A DNA stretch of 53,333 bases from assembly GCA_032718475.1 (NCBI GenBank), contig JAUCBJ010004023.1, positions 1-53,333 of the forward strand. The letters run 5' to 3'. Numbering within the stretch: the stretch's first letter is position 1; every line of letters begins with the position of its first letter. The notes under the pieces are model-generated. The model saw nothing but the letters and a program-made list of their open reading frames with translations, was not told the origin of the DNA and made no database searches. The translations under genes and the position numbers were made by a program. Below, piece by piece: positions 33,905 through 45,333 of the stretch. This DNA comes from Nemertoderma westbladi. Lineage: Eukaryota; Animalia; Xenacoelomorpha.

Positions 33905-35205
33905 AGGCAGGTTTTCTTGTACGCTTATTTTAATGGAAGGTTTTTTACATTCCGCAATTGACAGATTGAACACATCTACCATTTTTGGTGCTAAAATGAA
34001 AAGTGCAAGTAACAAGTATTTTTCAAATTAGTGAAAACAACTAGAATTGTAGGAATGGTGTTTATTTTAATTACATAGGCCTACAGGTTTTCTGGTACGC
34101 CGATATCAATGTAAGGCTTTTTAAATTCCGCAGTTGAACACATCTACTATTTTTGGCGCTAAAATGAAAAGTGCAAGTAAACAGCATTTTTCAAATTAAT
34201 GAAAACAACTAGACTGGTAGGAATGGTGTTTATTTCAATTACATACAGGTTTTCTGGTGCGCTGATTTCAATGGAAGGCTGTTTACATTCCGCAGTTTAA
34301 CACACCTACCATTTTTGGTGCTAAAATGAAAAGTGCAAGTAACCAGCCAGCCAGGATTTTTCAAATTAGTGAAAACAACTAGAATTGTAGGAATGGTGTT
34401 TATTTTAATTACATACAGGTTTTCTGGTACGCCGATATCAATGTAAGGCTTTTTAAATTCCGCAGTTGAACACATCTACAATTTTTGGTGCTAAAATGAA
34501 AAGTGCAAGTAACCAGCATTTTTCAAATTAGTGAAAACAACTAGAATTGTAGGAATGGTGTTTATTTCAATTACATACAGGTTTTCTGGTGCACTGATTT
34601 CAATCTGTCAATGGAAGGCTTTTTGAATGCCGCAGTTGAACACACCTACCATTTTTGGTGCTAAAATGAAAAGTGCAAGTAATCAGCATTTTTCAAATTA
34701 GTGAAAACAATAAGAATTGTAGGAATGGTATTTATTTCAATTACATATAGGTTTTCTGGTACGCCGATTTCTATGGAAGGCTTTTTAAATTCCGCAGTTG
34801 AACGCACCTACTGACCTACCATTTTTGGTGCTCAAACGAAAAGTACAAGTAACCAGCATTTTTAAAATTAGTTAAAACAAGTAGAATTGTAGTAATGGTG
34901 CTTATTTCAATTACATACAGGTTTTCTGGTACGCCGATTTCAATGGAAGGCTTTTTAAATTCCGCAGTTGACTGGTTGAACATACCTACCATTTTTGGTG
35001 CTAAAATGAAAAGTGCAAGTAAACAGCATTTTTCAAATTAGTGAAAACAACTAGACTTGTAGGAGTGGTGTTTATTTCAATTACATACAGGTTTTCTGGT
35101 GCGCTGATTTCAATGGAAGGCTTTTTAAATTCCGCAGTTGAATACACCTACCATGTTCGGTGCTAAAATGAAAAGTGCAAGAGTAAATAAACATAATTTT
35201 TCAAA
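33905..35205 (+). repeat. Tandem satellite of about 162-175 bp, about 8 copies
   Basis: CAGGTTTTCTGGT..TTCCGCAGTTGAACAC..GCTAAAATGAAAAGTGCAAG..GTGAAAACAACTAG recurs at about 33908, 34084, 34246, 34416, 34578, 34748, 34918 and 35088. Confidence 0.95.
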
Positions 35206-37889
35206 TTTTGCAGATTACTGGATTATATGTAAGCAGCAAGCAGCCATACGTTCTACTGTTGGTACAATCCGGATTCAGGGCCCTCCACCAATTCTGCTGT
35301 GCTGTGTGTTGTTTACTCTGACCTAACTGACCGGTTGTTTTGGTTAGAAATCCCGCCTCTGTAACCTGCTCCTTTCCCAGATATGGTAAAGTGACCCTTC
35401 ATTTTGTAAAGTGACTGTTTATTGTTTTGGACTGGAGGGCCCCCAGTCCGGTTATTACCCTACTGTTCTATGTAGTATTGTAAGCTGATATTTTGGTTAT
35501 TATGTGTACTACCTGATTACAGTACAATTATAATTACATCCCACTGCAGCAGTGGTATCATAAATGATACAAATTAATTTATACTGTATAATAATGATTC
35601 CTAAGGTTTGTGTCACAACCGTTACGGTCATTGCTGTTATGGCACATTAGGCCTATAGGTTAAGAAGACACCTTTGTGCACCCAATATTACAATATCATT
35701 TTGTGTGGAATCATATTCCAAAATGTAATCTAAATGGCGAGTAAAAAAGACGACCCGTTCGTTCGTTCCTTGAATTATACAATATACATGCTATGCTAAT
35801 ATTCCCATTTCCCACATGTTAATGTCACGACCGTTACGCTGATTACTACAACTGGAACATATAGTCAAGTTAAACTATATAACTCAAACAATTGAATGAA
35901 TCAACGAACAACCTAACGATAGATATACTGATATATAAGATTATAGCCATTACTGCCGGGGATCTGGAGATATTGGAAAAACTTGTTCTTCAGCGTAACG
36001 GTCGTGACATATTTTCCCATCTACTCATTACAATGCTATTAGAAAAATATTTATTAGTTGTACATTATTTAACCGACATGGCTAATTACTACATAGATAT
36101 AAGATTCTGAAAAACATATGACATTTCCAGTTTGGTAATGATCATGCCATTTTCATTTGTATGTAATTATGCCAAAAATATTGAATTTTTGGCATTTTTT
36201 AAATCACATTTTGCGGACGCCGTAAAAAGAAATTAGCGGATGCCGTAAAATAAAATATAAATAAAATAAAACAAAAAAAATTAAAAAATTTTTCAGAAAA
36301 TGTGTGACGCACATTTTCTGAATAAATTTTTAATTTTTTTAATCCGGATTAAAAATAAAAAATAAAAAAATAAAAATAAAATAAAATAAAAAATACAATG
36401 TTCTAGAACTTTTTTTTTAATTTTAAAATAGCTAGTAAATATAAAAAAATATCCAATTTGGTAGATAAATTTTCTAAAAAATAAATAATATAAATAAATA
36501 ATTTTTTTTGTATTACTAGCTATTTTAAATTTGAAAAATAACTAGCTATATGTTCTAGAACATTATATTATTTGTATTATTTATGATCTAGAATAGTGTA
36601 TAATCAAGGCGTACTATATACAAGCAATTTTAAGAATTTTCATTTCAATTGGGGCAATTTTCAGAAAATGTGTGACGGATACTGCAAAAGTACCTATAAT
36701 TCATTGGGTATTGAAATTAGTCAATAATATGTGAGAGTTATTTACCTTTGTTTGTTACCTTACACATAAAATATCTGACAAGTGGGTGGTGAAAAAAACA
36801 GTCTTTATTGTGTCTAAAACATTTAAATACTTAATGTGTGCTGGTTATGAGAGCAACCTCGTAAGCATACCTTGGTTCTAAACTATTTAATCTGACGATT
36901 AATTTTGAAAATTGAACTTTTAAATTGAATAATATATACTGAAGAAGGCATTGGTGGAATCCGAAACTTCTCATGCATGTTTCCCTTATCCATGTTACTA
37001 CTCATGATTCATTTCAAGCACCCATCTTTTATCAGACGCTTGCAGTGATGTTCCGAAGTACTGAAGTATGGCAATTTTGGAAAGTTTCAATTTTCCAGAT
37101 GATGGTATGGAAGTCTGACTTGCTGGTGGTACATGAAAATTATACCACAGAACCCCCCTTTGCTGCTTTGGTATATCTAACTATTTACTAAATGTTTTGG
37201 GCTATCCACTAATCAGACCACTCTAAATCAAGCATCCAAAAGACAAAATTTGTCGAAAAGTCCAATCTTTGGCCACATAGAAAAGTTGGTCTGACAAGTG
37301 GGTGGTATTTATTCATGGTTTTAATGTGTATGAGACCTATTTATGTGTACAATAAACATAAAATGACACTCCACCCACTAGTCAGAAATATTTTCTGTAG
37401 GTTTCATTGGGGATATGTTCGAGTAAATCGCAAACTTTGAACTGCAATATCTCGAAAGCCAATCTGCCAATACACCATCATCAGAAATATTTCATCAGGT
37501 GTCATTTTATACCATTTCCGACCATATATCCAAAAATTAACGAAATTGATGACCCCATGCCACCGCGATTTGTCGAATTTGGATGGAATTACCCTATAGC
37601 TGTACAGAAGACTGTGCTTGAGGAAGTCACATGTCCAATATCAGGAATATTTAATAAGGGGCGGGACCTGGTAGTGAAAATACACTAGGGAATTTTAACC
37701 GGGCCGGGGGTGATTCAATATTTTTTTGTGATACCTACTGCTGTACTGTCTGACTGCACCGGCTTCAAATTTGAAGTTTACCTTGAGGAATACCGGTATC
37801 TTAAGTTTACCTTGAGGTTGATCTTGAAATATTTCATATAGGAATATTAGCAAAAAAAGTTATGTACACTAGGCCTACAAGGTCAGTCA

Positions 37890-38363
37890 GGGAGAAGTTA
37901 AAATTTCAACTGCGTTGAAATTTAAAGCTTTTTTTTATAATTCAACTTTTAAGTTGTAAATTCAACTCTAAAATGGCAGGAGGCGCAGAAGGCCCCCAAT
38001 TCGTGTCAGAAGGGGTGTTTTCATTGTTTTTATGGATGTAACTCGAAAAATTAACCCTCATTACCGATGGAATAAAAACTTTAACCATCGGGAACACTTT
38101 TTTTAAAAACATTTTAAGTGATTACATTTGTAAATTAGCTGAAATATTACGGGAATTTATAAGATGTATTTATATTTAATTACCGCTGAATGTGATAATT
38201 ATTATACAATGGAATACCAGTAATGGATTCTATATTTCAGTATTTCCAACGCTACTCCAAAAGCTGAATTTTAAAAAAAGTTGAATTTTAAACTCTACTC
38301 CAAAAGTTGAATTTAAAAAAATAAAGTTGAAATTTCAACTCAGTTGAAAATATAACTTCTCCC
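37890..38363. mobile_element. MITE with about 34-bp TIRs
   Basis: GGGAGAAGTTAAAATTTCAACTGCGTTGAAATTT vs AAATTTCAACTCAGTTGAAAATATAACTTCTCCC, with internal TTCAACT/AGTTGAA subrepeats. Confidence 0.8.
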
Positions 38364-38688
38364 CTACTGAAGGTAGCATAGCACACTAAGTTTGAGTAAT
38401 TACAGATATTAGGGCATTGTCTAGGTGCTGCTGCCATAGCATTTAGTTTCTGATTTCTGGTATGTATGTACTAATGATTTATATCTAGGCCTATACAGGT
38501 ATACAGTAATGTTTTTGATAGTTTGCATCTTTGTTGTTCAGTTGTTGTTCGATAAAAGTGTATGTATGGGACACAGGTATAGGTATATACTATACATACA
38601 GACATCTGGACATATATAATGTAGATAATAAGCCATTTCTTGGACAGCTACCGTATCTTTGAAATAGAACGAAAAAGAGGACAGTGAA

Positions 38689-41600
38689 ATGGGCAATGGA
38701 GGTGTAGAGTTTTCAACAAGTTATACTATCCCCAAGAAGACGAGGGCACCTACACCACATCAGTCTGAAAGGTTGAAACCTTTGAAATATGAAACCAAAT
38801 TAAATTCCTATTTGAGTCCAAAAAAAACTGGTTTAAATGAAGAAGTTGAGGATTGGTATTATGACTTGGTTGTCATGCATGACTTGTCATATTCAACATC
38901 CAGGACGGTATTTTTCAAGGAAGATAGCGGTCATTCTTCACCTCGGTTTCGTCAATTGCCATCAACTTCATCTAGATGTCGTAACTCCCATGAAAAATTG
39001 TCGCTTTGCATGGATGAAGAATTAATCTACAAGCCAACTGAATATGAAACGCAGGGTTCATCAAATCGACTTAAAAATTGGCAATCTCGTCAGTCGAAAC
39101 CAATCAAATCGTATAGAAATGCATCTAGATATGAAGATAACTATTCTGCTCCAGTCAAACCAACATATAAATATTCAACTCCAGTAAAATCATCTTACAA
39201 ATATTCAGCTCACAATGTAGAAAGTAGAAAGAACAAAAGATATGCAAAAGATTATCTCACGGGAGTGATGCCACCTAAAAAGGTTAAGAAAGTTGAAGAT
39301 CCTATTCCACCAAAGCTTCAGTCAATATCATCTAAAGTTCCACCAGCCAAAGAGTTTTACAATATTCCAGTTATTGAAGGGAAAGTTTTGTGTTCTGGTC
39401 TTGATCCGTTAATTTCTGATAATCTCACCCCTGTAACATATGATTCATATAATAATAATTTGATTTCAATTCATGATTCTGATCCTATTAGTAAAGAACC
39501 TTCGCCTACTAGTAATTTAATTTTAATAAATCCTGAAACAATATTTGAAACCGCCTTGGAAACCCCTGTTAGTATCCCCAAGGCGACGGAGTCAGCTTCA
39601 AAAGAAAATATCCATAATACTATAAGTGTGGGTGAATCAATAAAACCAGAAGAAAAGAAGAAACTCTCCCTTGGGGCATATAAACGTAAATGTGGATATG
39701 TCTTACAACGTATTTCATTTGGACCTACTCCGTCTCCAAGTTTACAAGGTTGCTCATTTGCAATTCAGTCTTATTTGAAACAGTACAAGGATTTGTGTTT
39801 GAGTTCTAACCCGACAACAAGAGATCCACGTTTACTTCTTAGTACATCCAGATCCTGGAGTGCCACATTGACTGAAAACGCAATTGATACTCCCAATGTA
39901 CCACAAGTTAGAAAGAAAGTAAATATGACGCAAATAGTTACATTCAAGGATACACAAAATGAGGCAGTAAACAAATTCAAATTTCCCCACAAAATCCAGG
40001 CAATAGATGATGCAGAAATTGTACAGAAAATGTCTCCGAACAAGAGTGAATCATCTACAGTACCGGTATTTCTTGACCCAGTTAGGGTTGCAGTTGATGC
40101 CAATGATTTGAACACTACTGGTAGTAATATGGTTCCAAAAACTAAAGAACAAGTGGAAAATGATAAAGTAATCTCACCTTGTTTCGCCACTGATACTCCT
40201 GATGTACCACAAGTTAGAAGGAAAGTAAATCTGACACAAATAGTTACATCCAAGAATACACAAAGTGGGGCAGTAGACAAAACCAAATTTCCTCCGAAAA
40301 CACAGATAATAGATGTTGCAGAAGTTGTACAGAAAATGCCTCTGAACAAGTATGAATCATCTAAGGAAATGCTTGACCCAGATAGGGTTGCAGTTGATTC
40401 CATTGATTTGAACGCTACTGGTAATAATATGATTCCAGAAACTGAAGTACAAGTACAACATGATAAAATAACATCACCATGTTTGTCCATATATACCTCC
40501 CAAAATAATAGTGAATTAAATATTTTGGAAAACAATAATATTGATGTTGGTGGTGTTAGTGAAATCCGGGAAGACTTAAAAGACAAATCTGATTGTGAAT
40601 CTGATTATGTTGATCATGTTGATGATAGAATAGAAATCAAGGATTCAGTTATTAATGGTGGCAGTGGTCTTAAACTTATTTCAGATTCATATGCAATGTT
40701 TGCACCACGAGTATTTCCTGACTTTTTAATGCTTGACCAATCAGATAATGATAATGGTGTATTTGCAGATACAGATGCTGCCGACTCCACTGCAGAAAGG
40801 AATAAAATTAAATCATCATCAAAAGCAGCACTTCAACTTATTTCATCATCATACAGTGATATATTGCACAAAGGATCGGTTGGTTGTAACATAGATAGTA
40901 ACCTCCAAAATGATAAAAGTATATTACCTAAAGTGCACAGTCTTCCATTCCAGAACGAAGTCACACATTCAGTCAACACTGAAATACCATCACTGAGTCA
41001 TATCCACAGAGGACATAGTAGTGGTGAAGGGAATATAAATACCAACTGTGATCGCAGTATCACATCAGAAGAACCTACAAGTAGAAATACAATGGCACTA
41101 CTGTGTGGCTTCAATGGTTCCGATGTAGATGATAATGTGAGTACTGATAAATCTGAAATTAATGACCCGCAAATTCCTAAGGATATTGTCAAGGTTAATA
41201 AAGAATTCATTCCATCCATCATGTCAACATGTAAAGTAGTTCAGGAACAAAAGGAAAATATAAATAACGTAAAAGAATCTGCCACAACATTTGAAGCAAC
41301 TGAAGTTGTTGAATCTGTCAAAATAAGTGAAATTCCAATAGTTAATCATGATGATACAACAATGGACATTGCTGATTCCACTCCCGGTTCAATTGGGATG
41401 ACTCAGGTCAATACAATGCAAAATGAATCTCCTCTTTTAATATCAAAATTAAAAGAATCAAAAGATTTTACAAACAATATAAGTGAAAGTCGAATCAGCA
41501 AACAATTATCTGACTTCTCCCTAGCCAAGTTGATTAGAACCCGACCCCGAGTCTCACCAGAAAAGAAAAAGTCTACATCAAGGAGAACCTTAATCCTTAA

Positions 41601-44600
41601 ACCTGACAATCAAATAAATACAAATAAACATGTTTCCAAATCTGATGGTAATTCAACTCCTTCTTTGTGTAATGCAACTAATAAAGTAAATAACACGTCA
41701 CCTCATCAATTCCATTTTGACTTTACCAACCAGAAACATGATATACCCAAACCAATCCGTCCATTTTGGTTGGAAATTCCTTTGAGTAATTTGTCTAATG
41801 TTGAAGTTTCACCAATGACATTGGGGAATACATCTGTAAAAGAAATTACAGATAGCAAGATGGTCGGAGACAATGTAGCAATAAATAATATATGCAGACT
41901 GGCATCGAAATCTTCAAATTCAATACCAGTACCATTGAAAACTGCAGCTGTTGCACAAAAACCTCTAAATTTGAAACTGAAAGGGTGTAAAGTTGTTCTT
42001 GAAACTATTCCTGATTCATACATAAACAGTTTTTCTCAATCGAAGACACAATCTAAGTTAATATCAAAGCGAAGAATGCTAAGGAAGTTTATATTGAGGA
42101 AACCAACAAGGTCTAAACGATGTAGATGGATGTCATACTTGGAAAGTCGTCAACTATTCAACTCTAAATCGACAGCTCAAAGGCCAAATGGTAACAATCC
42201 GCATGTTCCACCTAACCCATTAATAATGCACTTCACTACAGGTAAACCTAGGATTATACACCATGCAACATCATATGACATAAAACAGACACTTAAGCAA
42301 CATAAATGCAATTTCAAGGAGAGTATTGAAATATCAAAATGCCAAGTATCCCTATGCAAGATCCCCTCAAAACAACTGGCTCTGCTTAGACGAAACCATA
42401 ATTCATGTCCATTAACAGAGGTTCAACACTCAAAGTTCAAGGATTCAACTGGATCTATATGTTTTTCAGGCCATTATGATGCTTCTCATGATAGTAATAA
42501 AAATGCAGATATTACAAAAGAAAGTTCAAATTATATGCAACTGGCTTGTGAAGAATCATTTAATGTCATTCTTGATGATAAACCTCAGATTTCTCTAAGT
42601 AATGCACAACCAGTTGAATATATTACTCAACTAACACAGGAACTGAATTCACCACTGCTGTGTGAACCAACAGAAAGTCAAATCCAATGTTCTTCATCAC
42701 ACTGTAATCAACCCATTACTACAGTTATAGATGGTTTATTAGTAGAATCTAGGGTATCTACTATGGTAGACCGAGAAGCGGAGTCCCTGCATCCTGATGC
42801 ATCTCTGAGTAATGCAGGTGCACCTCCAGGCCCAGTTTCTGATTCTGGATATTGTGAAACGCATCTGGTGGATACAGAGGAACAGCATCTAAGAGATTCT
42901 TGTGAAACCTCATCAAATGGGCACTGTGCAATCGTACCACTATTTAATAAATACAATCAGACATCTCTACCAGCCCCAGCCACATCAAATGCAGATGATG
43001 CGCAAATAATATTAGTTAATTCAAGTAGTACATATCATCCGAATGAAGGCCTATGTAAACCACTGCAGAGTCAATGTGATAATATGTCCAACAATCCGCC
43101 ACTATTGGGCTTTGAGATGGAAAGTTCAGATGTTTCGTCATTGATTTCAAATATTGCTTTACCGGCTTTAACAAATGATGTTAGTACAACTCCAGCCGAA
43201 GCTGGGACATCTCTAACAGACCAGGATGTAACTTTAGCAATACCGGTAACCACATGTGATGTTGTGGATAGTCTATCACCACGACCTGTGCCTGCTGATT
43301 TAAACACAATAGAAACTAGGATAATTACCAATGACGATCGTACCCTCAACACCCTCCCATTTTCCTCCAAAGAAAATGGAAAACAAAACACAAAAACACA
43401 AAATAATGTGGGAAACTTAGTTTTTACTGATAATCATCTTGCAGAAATTCAACAAGATCAGGATGAACAAGTTGAAACATGTCCTGAAGCTGTCAACTAC
43501 TGTGAAGTGGAAAATTTCAAGAATAACTTACAAAACAATATTGACATGGAACAAGTTATAAATATGGTGGGAACTGATGTAAATGTTGCTTATTATACCA
43601 TGAGCACTCATAATGCCAGTGAGATGGAATGTCAACCAACTGTAGACGATTACAGTTGTCTTCATGGAAACATTCCAATGCGAAAGTTAAAAATAAAGCA
43701 ACATGTGAAGGGCTTTTATATCGTTATTGGAGGAGAATCAGACAGACTCGAATTCCGTAAGATTGTATCTTCAAACTTAAGTGAATATTCATCTCTCTAT
43801 GATATAAATATTTGTGATTCTCGTCCAATATTTATGTTTATCGATAGCAATAATCTTAATGCCTTATTCTCAGACAATGGAATTTTTCCAATAATGCTAG
43901 TGCCAAATATCCACTTTTTGTTATATAAGTCTGTAGAACATTTTAGACAAGGCCGTTTTAAGTCAATATTTGAAGCAGGCGTTCTGGTGTTCCTAAGTGC
44001 AAAGGCAATTGAAAATTCCACTAATAGCGAGATGGTGAAATTTTTAAAGTTATTTGAGTCTCGAAAATGGTTTGGTTTTATTGACCCTAAGTATCATAAT
44101 GCTGTTAAAGAAAAGCAGCCAGATACTGAAGTATGTTCCATTCTCGAAAGTATGATTAACAACCCTAGTACATGCCCCAATGGTCGGCTTTACGTATCTC
44201 AATGTAAACATATGTCTGACAATATGTTGGCTTGTGTTAAACAGTTTCTTGTTTCCACGTGGTCATCAGAAAACCACATTTCGCCAGCATTCCGTCATAT
44301 AATCTGCATCACTTCTGACGTTTCCTCTCACTGCGGTTGCATAAGAGTCATGACTTTGCCCGATGTACTAAACGAGTGCAACCATCTCTACAGTGAATCA
44401 TTTTATGAATGTCCTCGGATGAGTAGTTTGTTTGCTAAAAAACGTTGCTCTTCCAACACCTCTATAATTAGCAAAGATAGTAGTACTAGTAGTAGTAATG
44501 TTAAGGCCACGCTATATCAACCATCCTCTATGCCATATCAAGCAGCAACTATTGTTGAACCAGTACTACCACAACTGGAACAAAGGTTTTCCCACACACC

Positions 44601-45333
44601 AAATTATTACTCTATAACTCCTCCAATACCTACTGGACCCACAGTGACTGATTCGACGTCTCCGGAATCTATTCCATCTCCACCAGCACTGGCTAGTACA
44701 GAAGAAATTGACCAGTGGCTTAATGATTTTCCATGGGAGACTATACGTGGGCCTGCAACATCACTCACTAACACTTTGCAGACAACCCAGTCCGAAATAA
44801 GTTATGATAGCGCAATAAATGCACCCACTGTAAACCCTGTCCAATTTCCTACACATCCCTTAACCCTTTTACCTCCAAGAGCTATATCCCACTCAGACGC
44901 AACAAATACTTCCACAACTGCACCTGTCCCAACAACAACATTACATTTCAGGTCACCGGTTCTCTCAACCCTATTAGAATCAACCCGGCCAGTAGAACAG
45001 CCTGTTGCAGGTGTTGCAACCCCACCTCGCTCATGGCCCATGTACCATGGCCCTTATCCCGTGGGATTTAATAGACCTATGATGATGCCACCATTGTTTC
45101 TCCAAACTTCATCTTTCATTAACAATGGTTCCAGGATGGCAGGAGGTGTACGATTGCCCGGTTTTGCGGCATCTTTTAGACACAAAAGAAGTGGCAGTGT
45201 TATTCCTGTGCGTTTTAACACAACAGGCAGAAGTAATATTGAGTCTCAGAAGCAAAATTATCTCAGTTTGCCAATACATCCAGAATTGCCAAATACTACA
45301 CGCTGGGCTCAGGGACCCCTATCGTATCCTTAG
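38689..45333 (+). CDS. 2214-aa largely disordered protein with a globular domain (about 43690-44390) resembling the TASOR/TASOR2 C-terminal PIN-like region
   Basis: 6.6-kb uninterrupted non-repetitive ORF, S/T/N/P-rich. Domain pattern GFYIV..IFMFIDS..PNIHF..SVEHF..IFEAG..KFLKLFE..KW..LACV..RHIICIT..IRVMT. The ORF is well supported; the family call is tentative. Confidence 0.75.
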   Translation: MGNGGVEFSTSYTIPKKTRAPTPHQSERLKPLKYETKLNSYLSPKKTGLNEEVEDWYYDLVVMHDLSYSTSRTVFFKEDSGHSSPRFRQLPSTSSRCRNSHEKLSLCMDEELIYKPTEYETQGSSNRLKNWQSRQSKPIKSYRNASRYEDNYSAPVKPTYKYSTPVKSSYKYSAHNVESRKNKRYAKDYLTGVMPPKKVKKVEDPIPPKLQSISSKVPPAKEFYNIPVIEGKVLCSGLDPLISDNLTPVTYDSYNNNLISIHDSDPISKEPSPTSNLILINPETIFETALETPVSIPKATESASKENIHNTISVGESIKPEEKKKLSLGAYKRKCGYVLQRISFGPTPSPSLQGCSFAIQSYLKQYKDLCLSSNPTTRDPRLLLSTSRSWSATLTENAIDTPNVPQVRKKVNMTQIVTFKDTQNEAVNKFKFPHKIQAIDDAEIVQKMSPNKSESSTVPVFLDPVRVAVDANDLNTTGSNMVPKTKEQVENDKVISPCFATDTPDVPQVRRKVNLTQIVTSKNTQSGAVDKTKFPPKTQIIDVAEVVQKMPLNKYESSKEMLDPDRVAVDSIDLNATGNNMIPETEVQVQHDKITSPCLSIYTSQNNSELNILENNNIDVGGVSEIREDLKDKSDCESDYVDHVDDRIEIKDSVINGGSGLKLISDSYAMFAPRVFPDFLMLDQSDNDNGVFADTDAADSTAERNKIKSSSKAALQLISSSYSDILHKGSVGCNIDSNLQNDKSILPKVHSLPFQNEVTHSVNTEIPSLSHIHRGHSSGEGNINTNCDRSITSEEPTSRNTMALLCGFNGSDVDDNVSTDKSEINDPQIPKDIVKVNKEFIPSIMSTCKVVQEQKENINNVKESATTFEATEVVESVKISEIPIVNHDDTTMDIADSTPGSIGMTQVNTMQNESPLLISKLKESKDFTNNISESRISKQLSDFSLAKLIRTRPRVSPEKKKSTSRRTLILKPDNQINTNKHVSKSDGNSTPSLCNATNKVNNTSPHQFHFDFTNQKHDIPKPIRPFWLEIPLSNLSNVEVSPMTLGNTSVKEITDSKMVGDNVAINNICRLASKSSNSIPVPLKTAAVAQKPLNLKLKGCKVVLETIPDSYINSFSQSKTQSKLISKRRMLRKFILRKPTRSKRCRWMSYLESRQLFNSKSTAQRPNGNNPHVPPNPLIMHFTTGKPRIIHHATSYDIKQTLKQHKCNFKESIEISKCQVSLCKIPSKQLALLRRNHNSCPLTEVQHSKFKDSTGSICFSGHYDASHDSNKNADITKESSNYMQLACEESFNVILDDKPQISLSNAQPVEYITQLTQELNSPLLCEPTESQIQCSSSHCNQPITTVIDGLLVESRVSTMVDREAESLHPDASLSNAGAPPGPVSDSGYCETHLVDTEEQHLRDSCETSSNGHCAIVPLFNKYNQTSLPAPATSNADDAQIILVNSSSTYHPNEGLCKPLQSQCDNMSNNPPLLGFEMESSDVSSLISNIALPALTNDVSTTPAEAGTSLTDQDVTLAIPVTTCDVVDSLSPRPVPADLNTIETRIITNDDRTLNTLPFSSKENGKQNTKTQNNVGNLVFTDNHLAEIQQDQDEQVETCPEAVNYCEVENFKNNLQNNIDMEQVINMVGTDVNVAYYTMSTHNASEMECQPTVDDYSCLHGNIPMRKLKIKQHVKGFYIVIGGESDRLEFRKIVSSNLSEYSSLYDINICDSRPIFMFIDSNNLNALFSDNGIFPIMLVPNIHFLLYKSVEHFRQGRFKSIFEAGVLVFLSAKAIENSTNSEMVKFLKLFESRKWFGFIDPKYHNAVKEKQPDTEVCSILESMINNPSTCPNGRLYVSQCKHMSDNMLACVKQFLVSTWSSENHISPAFRHIICITSDVSSHCGCIRVMTLPDVLNECNHLYSESFYECPRMSSLFAKKRCSSNTSIISKDSSTSSSNVKATLYQPSSMPYQAATIVEPVLPQLEQRFSHTPNYYSITPPIPTGPTVTDSTSPESIPSPPALASTEEIDQWLNDFPWETIRGPATSLTNTLQTTQSEISYDSAINAPTVNPVQFPTHPLTLLPPRAISHSDATNTSTTAPVPTTTLHFRSPVLSTLLESTRPVEQPVAGVATPPRSWPMYHGPYPVGFNRPMMMPPLFLQTSSFINNGSRMAGGVRLPGFAASFRHKRSGSVIPVRFNTTGRSNIESQKQNYLSLPIHPELPNTTRWAQGPLSYP
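39886..40485 (+). repeat. In-frame internal duplication, two units of about 100 aa
   Basis: DTPNVPQVRKKVNMTQIVT..DKVISPCF and DTPDVPQVRRKVNLTQIVT..DKITSPCL; unit starts at 39886 and 40192. Confidence 0.92.

Noticed and set aside
39771-45041. Antisense ORFs inside the 2214-aa ORF, and similar ones inside SLC13, PolB and the BEL integrase
   Set aside because: They are shadow frames of real coding sequence with no independent motifs.
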